Source: Felis catus (Eukaryota). From it: DNA of 64,000 bases. The stretch spans positions 68,946,001 to 69,010,000 of the forward strand of contig NC_058368.1 in NCBI RefSeq assembly GCF_018350175.1, in the 5' to 3' direction. The position numbers were made by a program, and so were the translations under genes. Shown here piece by piece: positions 46,128-60,716 of the stretch. The notes under the pieces were generated by a model that was not told where the DNA came from, searched no databases, and worked only from the letters and a program-made list of their open reading frames with translations. How positions within the stretch are numbered: position 1 is the first letter of the stretch; every line of letters begins with the position of its first letter.

Positions 46128-46983
46128 AGCCATTTTTTTTTTTAAATAGGAGGATACTAGTTAATAAATATAGAAAGACTGATAGAACCAGGAAATCATC
46201 ATTTTGTAATTTTTCACATAAAAGTAGAATCAGGCAAGGATCAACAATGAATGCTAAGAACATTGGGTCAAATTGTTATGAGGAAATGGGACCTTCACAT
46301 GGTCTCAATATATCATTACACAAAATACTTCTTCATTGTGAAGGGAAACAGTTAGCTTTTCGGTGGAAAGACCTGGTTGACACTAACTAAACCAGAGGAT
46401 CCAACTTAGCACCACCCACAATGGGATGAAACCTATTATAGTCCCTGCTGTGATGCAATGGGAAGCGGCCCATGTCACTTATGTGGTGTTCTTGCCAGAA
46501 ACGTTCTGACCCTAAGCATAGGAAAGCAATCAGACAAATCCTCATTGTGAGGCATTCCACAAGAATAGGTTTGGATGCTTCAAAAACATTTGTCTCAAAA
46601 GACAAAAATAGTGGAGTGGGATGGGATGCTGCTCTATATTTAAGGTAGATGTTTAAGAAGAAAAGAATGGAAACAATGCCTCAACATTTCCCCTGCCTCC
46701 TGTCCTTTGCAGGTACAATGTGGTTCCATTAGCAAAAATTTACTGCACATACAAAGTCTCAAAGAAAAGGAATATGGGTCTCCACCCCCAAGGGAATGCA
46801 TCAAAATCTGCATGTGGATATGCATAGAAAAAGCCAGTATTTCTCCTGATCTGGAAATCCAGAAACCTCCTTCCCCTGAACTTTGTATTCCACCCCTTTC
46901 TTGCTGAGAATCACCAAATTAAGTCAGGACTTTTCCTTTAACATACATGATGCCCATAACACTCGCTACCCATTTAAAAAAAA

Positions 46984-47194
46984 TTTTTTTTTAACATTTA
47001 TTTATTTTTGAGGGACAGAGAGAGACAGAGCATGAGCAGGGGATGGACAGAAAGAGAGGGAGACACAGAATCCGAAGCAGGCTCCAGGCTGAGCTGTCAG
47101 CACAGAGCCCTACGTGGGGCTCAAACCCACGAACCGTGAGATCATGACCTGAGCTGAAGTTGGCACTTAACCAACTTACCCACCCAGGTGCCCC
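46984..47194 (-). mobile_element. Can-SINE
   Basis: Typical reverse body and head. Confidence 0.93.
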
Positions 47195-47388
47195 AACTCA
47201 CTATCCAAATGGTCCAACTTTTGCCACCCTTATGGCTGAATAATACAAACTAAAGATGGCCCAGGGTACTGCTGCCCTGTGGTAAGTAAGAAAGCAACTA
47301 AGTAATTTTGGAATCTACCCTGTGAACCCTAATGAAAGACTTAAGATAGATATCAATTATTCCCTTAAACCAACTCAAAGTTTCATTA

Positions 47389-47860
47389 TCCCCTCCCTTC
47401 CTCCCTTCCTTCCTTCCTCCCTTCCTTCCTTCCTCCCTTCCTCCCTCCCTCCCTCCCTCCCTCCCTTCCTTCCTTCCTTCCTTCCTTCCTTCCTTCCTTC
47501 CTTCCTTCCTTCCTTCCTTCCTTCCTTTTTTCCTCCCTCCCTTTCTTCCTCCCTTCCTTCCTCCCTTCTTTCTTTCCTCCCTTTCTCCCTCTCTCCCTCT
47601 TTCCCTTCCTTCTTCCCTTTCTCCCTTCCTTCCTCCCTCCCTTCTTTCCTCCCTCCCTCCTTTCCTTCCTTCCTTTCTTCCCGCTCTCTCCCTTCCTTTC
47701 CTCTTTCCTTCCTCCCTTTCTCCCTTCCTGCCTCCCTCCCTTCCTCCCTTCCTTCCTTCCTTCCTTCCTTCCTTCCTTCCTTCCTTCCTTCCTTCCTTTC
47801 TCCCTCCCTCCCTTTTTTCCTTCATTCCTTCCTTCCTTTATTCCTTCCTTCCTTCTTTCC
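47389..47860. repeat. Compound (CCTT)n/(CCCT)n polypyrimidine microsatellite, ~470 bp
   Basis: Nearly pure C/T with long perfect ccttcctt runs. Confidence 0.95.
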
Positions 47861-48309
47861 ATCTCATTTACCACCAGTATTGTCTATGGACCCGCAGAGC
47901 TGGATTAGCTCCACATCCTAAATCCAGACAATTGCTATTTAAGTCATTAACAGTATTTCCTTTTGAGAAGGATTTTGGTCTAGTAGCCACTCTGGTTGTT
48001 TTCTCTAGTAATAAATTAGTTCACTTTAGCAACTCCTGGCATTTTCATTCACCACTCAGGGACATGTGATTTACAACTATAGCAAAACACACTAAAATTT
48101 TTCTACACTCTTTTCATTCACTCGTACAACAAGTATTTCCTTGTATAATTTTTTTAAATGACAAAGTTTTTTTGGTTGTTGTCGCAAATATCATAGACAA
48201 CCAAAAGGATTTCTCGGCATTAACTTTAAACCGGATGACGGTGATGGTTAATGTTTGTCCTAGTGTCTGTGGGGACTCTGTCAGAGTCTTGCAAAGCTGC
48301 CATGGTCTG

Positions 48310-48349
48310 CGGCGGGGGTGGGGGGGGGTGGGGGGGGTGGGGGGGGTGG
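48310..48349 (+). repeat. G-run repeat, potential G-quadruplex
   Basis: gggggtgggggggggtggggggggtggggggggtgg: four long G tracts with single-T loops. Confidence 0.75.
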
Positions 48350-49107
48350 AAGGGCAGAAAGAAACCCACGGCCCACAGGCAGGTTTGGCTGGGATGCTGG
48401 AACTTGCCAAGCACAAGCAGGTCCTTCTAGGGACTCAAGGGATGGTCTTTGGAGGCTAAGGCCTGGCAGGAGTTCTCGACAGAGAAATGTGATACTAAGA
48501 AACGGAAAACCCTAAAGTAATGGCCAGCCTTCTCATCACTACTTGAAGGAGTTCCAAAGAGTAGGAAAAGAATACATCTTTTCTTTTTGTTTAATTGTCC
48601 CTGCAGAATTCTTAATGTGCCTTCAAAATGACTGTGTCCTCTTTTCTTTCTTCCTACAATGACTTATCAAGCCTCAGTCCTGAACAAATACCATCTGACA
48701 TTTTAGCACATCAGTGGCTTAGAAAAATATAATTAAAGGTAAAATGTACTAGAACTGAACAATATAGATACCCTAGTCACTCACTTTTAATTACATTTGG
48801 ATAGATCTTCCGTTGCCATGGAAACTCTCTCCTTGGGAAATTTTGGAGGCAGGGATCTGCTCCAAGTTTCACAGTTGTGTATCTTAAAGAAATTTTTTGT
48901 TCTATTTAGAAGTTTCAAAGCTATGCTGCAAATTTCCACTGGGATAACATGCAAACTTAGCTGTTGTTAGTTGCACAAAACAGTTAATTATAAAAAGCAT
49001 TGTTTGCTTTTCATTGTTACAAATTGTTACAAATTTCATGGTTACAAATTCTTCCTATATGGAACTAGTTTCTTTATGGTGAATAGGTGGGTTGATTCCT
49101 TCAACTT

Positions 49108-49325
49108 CTATGTCCAATATGGCAGCCATTAACCACATCCTCATGTAGCTATTTAAATCTATGTTAATTAAAATTAAATACAGTACAAATCTTTGGTAGA
49201 ACTACTTGAATTTCAAGCCACACTGGACACATTTTAAGTGCTCAATAGTCATAGGTAGTTAATGGCTGTGTTCTAGACAGTATAGATACAGACCACTTCC
49301 ATCATAGCAGGAAGTTCTATCCAAC
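49108..49325 (-). mobile_element. MER3-like hAT relic
   Basis: tgtccaatatggcagccattaaccac...ttccatcatagcaggaagttctat. Confidence 0.6.
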
Positions 49326-51494
49326 GACCCTACATTACAGTAACGATCATTTGTATCAACCCTATTCAGTTTTCTTTGCTTGGAAACAGTAAGAGACCAC
49401 GAACACATATGCGAGACTAGTTTCGTGAGCTTGCAATCTGAGTAGTCATAAAGGGACTTGCACTTAAGTAGGACCTCAGGACCTCGGGCTGGGTTTAATG
49501 CTCTGTTGCCACAATCTTGCAATTCTTAATACTTTTGAACAAGGGACTCCCCACTTATGCATTAGGCTTCTCAAATATGTAGTCAGTCCTGCATATAGGA
49601 GATGGAGCTTGGATATTGAGTTATTTCCATTCCCTTGCGAATGGCTCATTTCCAGCCTCCTCTCCTATAGTCCTTAGAGAGTGAGGGAGAGCGGTTGGCA
49701 CACAAAGTAAAATTCAGGTGCCTGCAAACCTTTAGGCTGTCTCCTCAGAGACCCTCATCAGGGATTCAGTTTTGAGTACATCTGTTCACAGGAATGCTTG
49801 AAGCCCAAACTGTGTCCCAACACCTCCAACATTAAGAGAAAGTTGGATTCTCTTTTGAATAGGTGTTTTCCAACATGGATTCTGAGTTGCCCACAGTGGA
49901 ATCCCCTTCCCTTCAACAGCCTTGCCAATGCTTGTGTTTAAGCTTCAGCCTCGTTACTTCTACTCATCAGTTATTCATTCCTTTATTCTCCAAATCATTC
50001 ATTCAACAAATCTGAAGTATCTAGTATATACGAGACACTGCTGCAGATAGGAATAAAAAATGATATGACACGGACCTACTGTTGCCATCTGGTAAATTAT
50101 GTGCTGCAATTAACCCAACATTAACAGCAGATATGGGAGGACAGTAAAATCAAACACAGCCCGAGTATCATCAAGGATTTATTAGCTGCTCTCCATGTTT
50201 CCATGGTCACATTCAAACAAAAACAATAAAAACAGGATGAATGTAGCAACAATATGACTGATTCATGTACTGTGTTATGAAGTTCTCTTCCAGAAAGTAT
50301 GTACCACTCAGAAAAAGAAAACACAGCACGGGTAATGTAATAATAGTGTTAGGTAACAACACAGTAAATACCAAAGTCATTTTCATTGCTTCTGGAATTC
50401 ATTGTGTGACATGCTTTTCTGAAAACTTTGACTCCTAATTACATTTGAGTTAAACTAACATTGCAATGGTGTTGCATTCTGTGAGCATATATGATGCAGG
50501 TATGTACCAAACAACAGAGGGAAGACAGTACATAACTGGCCAAACAGAAATTTGCAAAGGCAGAGACATTGAGCTGTCATTTTACAAAGTATTATTCTTT
50601 CCTTTCAATATCTTGGGGGGACTTGCAAGAACTCATACCATATAAATTGACTAGGAAATAAGAGCAAAGGGAATATAAAGAAAAAAACTTGGGGAAAAAA
50701 CCCCAGGGGTACAGTTATCCACAATGCATGCTGGGTGGTCCTATATTTCTGAAAGCTGAGCCCTTCATACTTGATTCTGAGTTCCCTGGCAGCCAAAGTC
50801 AAGAGGAAAACAAAACTATGGGATTTGAAATGTCCTTGGGTTAAAAATAACCAACGCTGGAGATTTGTTTTAGATATTTCTGTGGATCCCCCATAAAGGG
50901 CACGCTGTATGATGTAGCAAATGATACCATCAACTACATAGTGGGGCCTGTTCTGTTGTTAGTCTAGTGATTCCCACCACTCATCTATTCTTTTCAATGC
51001 TTAATGTTTATACAATGATTTTCTGGATTTTCAGCAAAGGGGTGAGTTTTGAAATGTCCTATTTAGAGTATTCCAGGAAGATGAGGACTTTTGTTACTTT
51101 CAGGCACCACGCGATAACTAATCGATGGTAAGTGAACTTTTTGAAGGGAATGAGGAAAGGATCTTCATGAGGTAGCTCAGAATTTAGGGGTCAGATTATT
51201 TGACAGAAAGACCCTCCTCAGATCCTTCATTATGAGAATGGTGTGCACGGAAAGTGCAGGAATAGAAGAAACAGAGGGAGAGAGAGAGGCAGCAAGACAG
51301 AAATGGAGCAGAGAGCTGTCGGATTCAGAGTCCTCCACCATGACCCAGAGGATGTCCTGTGAGAAGATGCTAGACATTCAACGGAAGCAGTGCTGGAGCC
51401 TGTGGGCTCTCTGGGCACGGCATCGGGGTAATGTTTGGGGGGTAGTAAGCGCATATGGACTATGTGTGTGTGTTCTCTTTTCTCTTTTTATTAA

Positions 51495-52400
51495 TTAGGT
51501 GTAACTGACGTATAACATTATATGTTTCATACATTTTTTAAGAGACTTAATTTTTTAAAGCAGTTTTAGGTTCACAGAAAAAGTGACTAGAGCTATAGAG
51601 ATGCCCCATATACTCCCCACTGCCTCACATGCACACCCCCCACTATTAGCATCCCACAGCAGAGCGGTATATTTGTTACAATCAGTGAACCCGTGTTCAC
51701 ACGTCGTTATCACCTAGGGTCCATAGTTTATAATAGGGTTCACCCTTAATCTTGTACATTCCGTGGGTTTTGACAAATGTATAATGCCGTGTATCCAACA
51801 CTATAAGACTATATTTGTTTTAAATTGAAGTATAATTGACATATAACATTATGTTAGTTTCAGATGTGTAATATAATAATCTAATATTTGCATATATTGC
51901 AAAATGACCATCACAATAACTAATTAACATTCATCACCAAACATAGCTACAAAATTTTTTCTTATGAATCTTCTTATGAATCTTTCTTATGAATCTTTCT
52001 TATGAATTTAAAATCTCCTCTCTTAGCAACTTTCAAGGTCCATCCATGTTGTCACAAAAGGCAAGATTTCATTCTTTTTATGGCTGAATAAAATTTTATT
52101 ATATATACACACACACATATACATATATCACATTTTTTTAATGTTTACTTATTTATTTTGAGAGAGAAAGAAAGAGAGAATGAGCGGGGGAGGGGCAGAG
52201 AAAGAGAGGGAGACCGAGAGAATCCCACGCAGTCTCCACACTCAGCGCAGAGCCCATCACAAGGCTTGATCTCACAACCATGAGATCATGACCTGAGCCA
52301 AAATCAAGAGTTGGACGCTCGACTGACTGAGCCACCTAGCTGCCCCTATATACATCACATTTTCTTTATCCATTCATCCCATTGATGGACAAGGCTATCT
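51495..52400 (-). mobile_element. Cluster of L1 3'-end fragments with nested SINE (52133-52346) and a 13-bp tandem repeat (~51959-52007)
   Basis: L1 3'UTR-like text; SINE TSD tata(t/c)atcacatttt; four copies of (t)ttcttatgaatc. Confidence 0.8.
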
Positions 52401-53064
52401 ATATATTTTTAACTTCAGAAAATCACAGTTCCTTATATTCCTGTGGCCAGACTTGACCGTGATGTCATCAAGAGCTCAGGATTTGAGAACAGCCAGAGCC
52501 AAGTCCTCCATTTCTACAGCAGAAATCCATGGGTTCTAGGGCACTAGAATGAGGTGAATGGTGGACTTTCAGTTCAAGAGCTTTTTCCTGACTAACTCCA
52601 AGTTTGACTTTCTCACTCCCAGTCTGCAAAACTATACATCCTAGTGGGAGGTGGAAATAGCATGTATAATGAAAAATAATGGAGTGTGGTATAAATTTAA
52701 TTAGGAAAAGCCAATTATAATTTTACCTCAGAAGACTGAGATGCTTAGGGAAGTGAAATGAATTTTAAAGTTAATTAGGCAATAATATATTGCACCATTT
52801 GTTGAAAATCTTTCTAAAATTTATGTGTTCAATTTCAGAGTTATAATAGTAGCAAGGTTTTGGGTCCATATCGCTTTTTCTAATTCCTCATTAAATTGCC
52901 CATGAAAATACTGAAAACTAAAAACTGATAAAGCGCCAATGTCAAAATAAATAAATAAATAAAATTAAAAAAACAAACAAACAAAAACAAAACAGAAGTG
53001 CCAAAATCAAGGTGGGATTTCTACTAACTGCATTATCCCTATATTTCTATATTTTACCACAGTT

Positions 53065-53066
<2 letters not shown>

Positions 53067-53106
<40 letters not shown>
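53067..53106. repeat. (AC)n microsatellite
   Basis: About 20 perfect AC units. Confidence 0.95.
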
Positions 53107-53109
<3 letters not shown>

Positions 53110-53896
53110 CATTAACTTAAAGGCAAAATACCAGAAGTAATCCCAGTACAGTAAAGGAAAAAAAGAAGAGAGCAATTTCTTATAATTACCATATCGTCAA
53201 TATTTAACACTGTCCTACAAGTTTTGCCCAATTCAATGAAACAAGAAAAAGATAGATAAGAAATAGAAGAAATTAGGAGACAACAATATCAGAGGTACAC
53301 CATCGTCTATTTGGAAACCCTTAGAAAATCAATTAGAAAGCAATTGTAGCTAATAAAAAGGAACACAAATAAATACACACAATTCAGTGTTAACTATAGT
53401 CAATCAAAATATAATAAAGAAAAGATCCCACTCATCATTGCAGGGGAAAAAAGCAAGCAAACTAAAACACCTAAACAGGAGACACAAAGCCACGCAAGAA
53501 GGGAACCATAAAATGAAATGAGGTTCCTGAGAGACGTCTTGACATGATGTTGCTGCAAAATCCAACACTGTTAAGATTTCATTTTTCTTACATTTAATGT
53601 ACACCCATAATGCAACATCGGTCAAAATGCCAATTGGGGGAATGATAAAATGATTCCATAGTTCATCTGGAAAATAAAGGGAAAGGAAGAGATCAAAACC
53701 TTTTAATAATGTAGAGAAATGTCGAGGGGGAACAAATCTTGGGTGCCTGATCTTAAAGTGTTTGATGATAAATAAATCACATTTTATATATTTTGAAGTC
53801 AGACCTGGTTGAAATTATACCAGCTCCTAGCTGGGTTATCTTTGGGCAAGTGACTAAGCTTTTCTGAGACAATTTTGTTTCCATTTTGGAATATAT

Positions 53897-53898
<2 letters not shown>

Positions 53899-53940
<42 letters not shown>
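53899..53940. repeat. (GT)n microsatellite
   Basis: About 21 perfect GT units. Confidence 0.95.
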
Positions 53941-53943
<3 letters not shown>

Positions 53944-54243
53944 GGCTGGTTAGAATTAAGAGATTATTTTCTCTCTTAGTACAATCACTGCCACATTTTC
54001 ACTGTGATTACATTAGACAACAGAACCTTTAGGGAAACCCATTTCATAAACCAAAAGAGAATCACTTTTCAAACCTGGTAATAATTGACATTGAAGCCAC
54101 ACTGTGAATCTTTACAGGTTACAATAATACCCATGGTGGGTAATGGGGTGGTGAGGTAGATCCTAGAGGGAAAAATAGTGCAAAATTACTGGAGACTAAT
54201 TTAAAAATATCTATAAGGATCCTCAAAAATATTTCTACTTTTA

Positions 54244-54358
54244 GGGGTAACTGGGTGGCTCAGAGCATCTGACTCTTGATTTTGGCTCGGGTCATGATCC
54301 CAGGGTTGTGGGATTGAGCCCCACGTGGGGCTCCTCACTGAACATGGGGTCTGCTGGG

Positions 54359-54394
<36 letters not shown>

Positions 54395-54455
54395 TCCTTC
54401 TGCCTCTCTTCCCCCTTGCTCTCTTTCTCTCTCTAAAATTAAAAACAAAAAAAAA
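54244..54455 (+). mobile_element. Can-SINE
   Basis: Head, (CT)n, A tail. Confidence 0.9.
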
Positions 54456-54859
54456 TTTTACCTTTGATTCAATAACTCTGTTAGTAGGAATCTAACCCAG
54501 AAAAAAAATAGATAGGAGTAAATATATTCATTGCTGTGTAATTTACAAAACTCAAATGTTCAAAAAAGAAACTGTTAAGTAAAATAGACCCATATGAGAA
54601 TTTTTAGGCTATCTATATTTAGGCAAATAAGAATGATAAATGACACAGTACAATGATCACAGTAAAATAAAGAATGTACATAGGGCATAATCTCAATTTT
54701 ATAAATTAAAATCATGTAGATACCTGTATCTGTTTATGACAGGAAGAAATAATATAATAAGCCAGATAATATAGTATCTCTGGCTTGTTGAATTTCTCTT
54801 TTGCTGTTTTCTTAATATTCTACAATAAGTGATTATTGTTTACAATAGAAGTTATGCTA

Positions 54860-55061
54860 TTTATTTTTTTTAAGTTTATTTATTTATTTTGAGAGAGAGT
54901 GCACATGTGATCAGGGAAGGAGCAGAGAGAGAATCCCAAGCAGGCTCTGCGTCATAAGCACAGAGCCTGATGTGCGGGCCTCAAACTCACGGATGATGAG
55001 ATCATGACCTGAACTGAAATCAAGAGCTGGACGCCTAACCGACTGAGCCACTTGGGCACCC
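54860..55061 (-). mobile_element. Can-SINE
   Basis: Reverse body and head. Confidence 0.9.
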
Positions 55062-57797
55062 TGAAAATACATGTTACTTTAAGTAACATATCTGAAAACA
55101 ATTAGGCTACTGTAAATCAAGAACTTAAAGAAAAGTATAAGATCTAAACATTTTTAAATGAAATAAAATATATAAGACTACTTCTCTATGTTAGTATTGT
55201 TTAACCAGTGTAATTAATGTTGAGTTCATTGATTAACTCAATTGATTTGAGTTATTTAAAAGCCTTGAGGTTATCTCTGAAAATATTAATCATTCTATTA
55301 TATTTATAATATTAAAGAATAGGATGTTAGACTTAATATGTTTTAGGTTAATGACAGACTATTCCCTGAAATTGTATATATATACATGTTTGTTTTAATT
55401 GCTACTAATAAAGTTACCATTCCTGAAAGTTTTCTTTTTCTCTTAGAAAAGAAATTCAATTAAAAAAATGTTGTGAGTCACAGTTATCTGGGCTCTTGTT
55501 AATGAAAATTCTATAAAATGAAAATTAGACAGTACCTGCATACAATAATTTCCTATACCATTGAGGAACCCAGCCTGGCCCTTGAGATATGCCAAATCGG
55601 GGCGAAAATTCCAGTTTACTCACTTGCTCACTGTATATCTTGACTTTACTCACATCATTTCCCTTCTACCAACCTCAGTTTTCTCAACTAAACAATGAGG
55701 ACAATTGTAAGACTTGTTTTGAGTAATTCCTGACATACCTGTGGCTAGGACTAGAAAATCCAGGTTTTGCACCCCCAAAGAACTAAATTTAGGAGACAAA
55801 ATTTGACATAGAAAGATAGAAAACAATGTGCAATTTAAAGATGTGTTGTATTTGGAAGATAAAATACACTCTTACAGCAGCACAGGAAAAAAAACAAACT
55901 GCATTTATGACAGCGAAAATTGGAATATCAGACCAGAGGGTGTGTTTGAAGCTAGACTTACTAGTTTGGCTTCCTTGGGGTTTTCCTGCCCCACCCTACC
56001 ACACCACATTCCTCCTTCCTACCAGGGAGAGTCAGAAATCAAATTTTCTGGTAAATTGAATATTCTGATTCACCAACATGACCACAAATACCAAAGACAG
56101 CTTATACATCCCCAAATAACTAACATCTTTTAATAAAATATACCTCATCTGAAAATGCTCTGAACATAATCTTAGATTGTGAATCACAGATTGTATCTGA
56201 ATCTCTATAGACTCAAATGTTAGCTCAAGATCTTACACTCACGGTGCCTCAGGTTGTCCATTAAACATCACTGACATTAAACGGTAAATGAAAGCCCGGT
56301 TGTTTTCATTTTATGGCTTTCTGTGTCCTCTGTGAATAAGAGTTGGTGACAACAAATGTTATAATTACAGCTATTGAAAAAATAGCAATACATTACAATA
56401 CTTTGGGAATCTCCTGTACTGGATCAGAAATAAACTGAAGCAGATTTTGCTGAGCTTAGTGACCATGTAGATATACATAGAGGACTCAGATATTTTAAAT
56501 GACTCTGTTTTAGACAGTTACCTTAAAAAGTGAATAAAAATCAAATACTGTGGCATTTTTATTTTGGTTATTTGTGTTGTAAATCTACACACTGACCTTT
56601 AGAAAAGTCAGAAATCTCCAAGGCTTGGGCGAATAAGTAGGACAAGAGCAGACCAAATCTTAAATCCACACCCGTTGTCTTTACAACGTGCTGGAAAAGT
56701 AGAAAGTAGCTAGGGAACTCAAGAAGAAGAAGAAGAAAAAGACTTAATACAAATAAAATATTCAGAAGTCTGTAAAGAAATTAATATTGAGAAGGGGGAT
56801 CAATATGAAAAACACAGTATTATTTGGCACTGATCTTTCTGACTTTTCTTAGCCCTGGGCAGAGGGACAATATTGATAGAAGAGGAGCTAAAACATTGAC
56901 TGCTGGCATGTAGATGTATATTTTGGTCCAAGATTGTGCGAGTTAATCGTCCAGGGGGAGGAAAAAGATAGCGTATGGTTTTGGCAGAGAGAGCTGTAGA
57001 GTTTGCAAAGTGTTGGGCCTGGACAATGGAAACATTGGCTCAAAGGTAGAAGGTGGAGACTAAAACCAAAGAATCCAAGAGCTGAAAGAGATTTGAGAGA
57101 TCTTGTTTATCTGTTAGAGGTAAACGGGGTAATCAACCCACCAGGCCTGCCCTAGTTGAAAAATGTCTTGGAAACCATTCCCAACCTCTCTTAGAATCCG
57201 GCTACAGATATTAAAAGAATAATGTCCAGCTAAGTTTTGCAACATGTTGGACAAGTATCTCAGGAACTGTCTGCTAAAGATAAATTAATTTGAATTCACT
57301 TTAAGCACAAATGGTACACATTGTTTTGTAGAGTGGAAGAAGGCATCAGAAAACCAAATATTTTAATATGCCAACGCCCAGTTGCCTTCTCGCCGATGAC
57401 TGAGCATTCTCACATTTTAAACCATTGTTAGACCTTGGTAAATTCTAGTCTGCTTCATCTTTAATCATTATACTTAGTATCATAGAACTGGAAAGTAACC
57501 TGGAGATCACTTTGTCCAAACCCTCGGTTTATGCATGAGCCCAGAATTGTATAATTGCTTTAGACTCATAGACATGCCACAGAACCACAAATGTTTCATG
57601 TCCCAAATAGAACTCACTTTAGTACAGAAAATGTGTTCCTTTTCTTACACCTTTTATTGCAAATAATAGTAGAAGCATTCTCTTAGTTATCTTAACTCCT
57701 TTCCTTAATCCCAAACTTTTTAAGAGAAGATTGAAAGACATTTTGAGATTTCTCTCTGAATTCATGTAACACTTCACATACATTCTTGGCTTCCAGA

Positions 57798-58010
57798 TTT
57801 TTTTTTTAATTATTGAAGTATAGTTGACATACAATGTTATATTAGTTTCAGATGCTCAATACGGTGATTTGACAATTCTCTACATTACTCAGTGCTCACC
57901 GTGGTAAGTGTAGTCACCTCACAACGTTATTATAATATTAGTGACTATATTCTCTATGCTGTACTTTTCACCTCTGTGACTTCTTTGTTTTGTAACTGGA
58001 AGTTTGTGTC
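57798..58010 (-). mobile_element. Carnivore L1 3' end fragment
   Basis: ttattgaagtatagttgacatacaatgttatattagtttcag...tgtaactggaagtttgt. Confidence 0.8.
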
Positions 58011-59266
58011 TTCTTCATCCCAGCCTTTATCATCTTCATTCATCCATCCATCCATCCATCCATCCACCCACCCATTTGTCCATCAGTTTACTCGGCATTG
58101 ACTATGTAAAGACACTAGGATTGGCTCTCTGGACATAAAGATTAAGTAGAATACAGACTCTGCTTTCCAAACCTTGGACAAGAGAAAAAAGGCTGATCCA
58201 GGAGATCCAGGTAAATCAGGCATTACTGTCCAGTGATCCTTTTGCTAGAAGAAGGAACTTTTTCTTCTGTTAGAGAATGAGGGTGGAAGTGGAATGGATC
58301 AAGATATTTAGATTTTAAGTGTTGACTTCAACATTCTACAAGCTGTTCCCAAACCAAGCCAATGAAAAACTGTTGTACAGTTTTAACTGCATTTTCTGCA
58401 GATCTTATGGTTTGATTTATGGACAAAAGTATTTTTGTTGACGTCGTCATCTTCCTTGTAGATGTTCTTACTTCTTACGTGTACCTGCCTGAATGACCTT
58501 CAACCGTCTACCCTTCATCCTGGGGCTCTCAGTTCTCAAAGTTGAGAAAGAAAGCATGCACACTTAAGAATTTTCCCACTTGGTTTTAGACACATCATTT
58601 GAGTGCGATTAGTGTCAACTTGTGGTGTGTCTTACTTATAATGTGCTTCATGAGACTTTAAGAAGGATATTGCAACGCAATCTTTTTTTAGTTGAAAAAT
58701 CTTTAGTTCTCAAAAGGAAAACAGTACATGTTCACTATAGAAAAAGTAATCAAAAGCCTTTTTCTCCTGATTCTAAGTACTTAAAACTGAAAATCCATTC
58801 ATGCTGCTACAAGACTCCCAAGTAGAGGTGCTAAGGACCTGTGATCTATTTACTCTCATATCAAGGGAATCTACAGAAAGAACATAAGGGTCTTGATGGG
58901 AAAAGTCTGAGTAAGTCGCAGCTTGATTGCAGCTAGCTGCCCTGTGTTAGGGAGATGACAGAAGGCCAAGCTTACCAGCTGAATTTTCTCAAGTGGCTTG
59001 ATTTTAAATTAAATGTAGTTGTGAAGACATTTGACTCCCAGCCTGAGTTGTGTTTTTCCACTTTCTTAAAGGTTGGCACTGGGCTTTTCTTATTCACAGC
59101 TGCCTTCTCTAGTGTGATGAGACACATAGGACGGGCACATTCTTCCCTCGCGGACTGAGAGTTGAACTAAACCAGGAAATTGTGGCCCAATATAAAAACT
59201 TCTGAAGAGCAGACCATGTCATTGTGCCTTATAATGGGTCCTTTAATTTAAAAAAAGGGGGGTGCA

Positions 59267-59461
59267 GGGGCACTTGAGTGGCTCAGTCAGTTGAGTGTCT
59301 GACATCAGCTCAGGCCATGATCTTGTGGTTCCTGAGTTCGAGCCCCATGTTGGGCTCTGTGCTGACAGCTCAGAGCCTGGAGTCTGCTTGGGCTTCTGTC
59401 TCTCTCTCTCTGTGCTCCCCCATTTGTGCTCTCTCAAAATAAATAATCATTAAAGATTTTT
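59267..59461 (+). mobile_element. Can-SINE
   Basis: TSD aaaaagggg(gg)tgca. Confidence 0.92.
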
Positions 59462-60249
59462 TTAAAAAGGGGTGCATCTGGGAATGAGAGGTCTTCCAAG
59501 CATAAACAAGCAGATTTCAACACAAAAGATGGTAAGAAAAGTTTCTCCTTCAATAATAGTAATAGTTAATGCCTACAGTACTTCCTATGTATCAGGTACT
59601 GTTCTAAATATTTTACCAATATTATTTTAGAAGTGAGAAACAGATTGACAATGGTTAAGCCATTTTGCTTAAGGTCATATCACTGGTGCGTTCTGAAGGT
59701 CACATCACACAATGCTGGGATGGCACACAGCTGGCTCCAGAATCTGTCCTGAATCACCACACAACCAACCTCTTTAAGGGGCCCTGATGGTAACACCTTT
59801 CAGCTAAACTCTGCAAGTTGTTTCTAGAAAGTGTTCTAGGGTCTACCTTCTCCTTTGGGGTCTACAAAGAGGCTTGAGAACTGTGCTTGGCTCGAGAGTC
59901 AGTGGTGCTGAGTTGCTAAGGCACCTGAGCTCTGTCTCATGAGTAGGAGCTCCTGGAACTTTTGGTTTATGGTCATACTCATGGATCTGTAGACTGGCTA
60001 CTGAGTGTCACACCCTGCAGATCAACATGACATGTAGTTTGAGGCTTGTGCTTGCCTACCCTTGGCGGGAGAACACTGTATTCAGGAGGACTCAAGGTTT
60101 GGATGACTTAACAATTAGAAATGCTGTATTGGAGGGAGCCTTTGTAGGGAGCTTTTTGAAGTCTCTCCATGGCCATTGGGCTCTCTGTGAGAGGGCACAG
60201 TAACGGCACAGCCAACAGTCTACATCGGTTTCAACAATCAGTGTCTACA

Positions 60250-60716
60250 CAGGAACCGATGGTACCACCAAATGAGGATGACCCAGGAAAATTTATTTAT
60301 AAAGTGACAAAGGTACAAAGGTGTGGGTAAGGTGTAGGGGAAGCTCAGACACCTGAGCTAGCAGCAGTAGCCCTAGCAGACCCCTAGGCCTGGGATGGAG
60401 GGAAGAAGGAATGACTACAGCATCAAGAAGACTCAAGGCTCTGGATTGCTTTGAGAGGAGCACCCGTCTTCAATCAGGAAGTGGGACCTTCCCAAGGTGA
60501 CCTTCCAGGAAGAGAATTGGGGAATAATGCTCCATCCTCACTCTTTTTATTCTCCTAGATCTCTTGTTAGGAATCCTTTTTGGCTGCCAAAAGGGAGCAA
60601 GAAATGTTAAGATTCCTTTGATGTAGTCCATCAAAGTCAGGCTTCCAGGGCAGAGAACAGTGGGAGAAGAGGGAGAGTGGATTTGGAGAGGGGTATTTGG
60701 AGACAAATACCCAACA
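60250..60716. mobile_element. Old ERVL/MaLR-type LTR relic
   Basis: caggaaccgatggtac...tgatgtagtccatcaaagtcaggcttccagggcagagaacag...gagtggatttggag; family assignment uncertain. Confidence 0.5.

Noticed and set aside
47298..47921. 175-199 aa ORFs (EGRK/PSFL repeats)
   Set aside because: Translation of the CCTT microsatellite.
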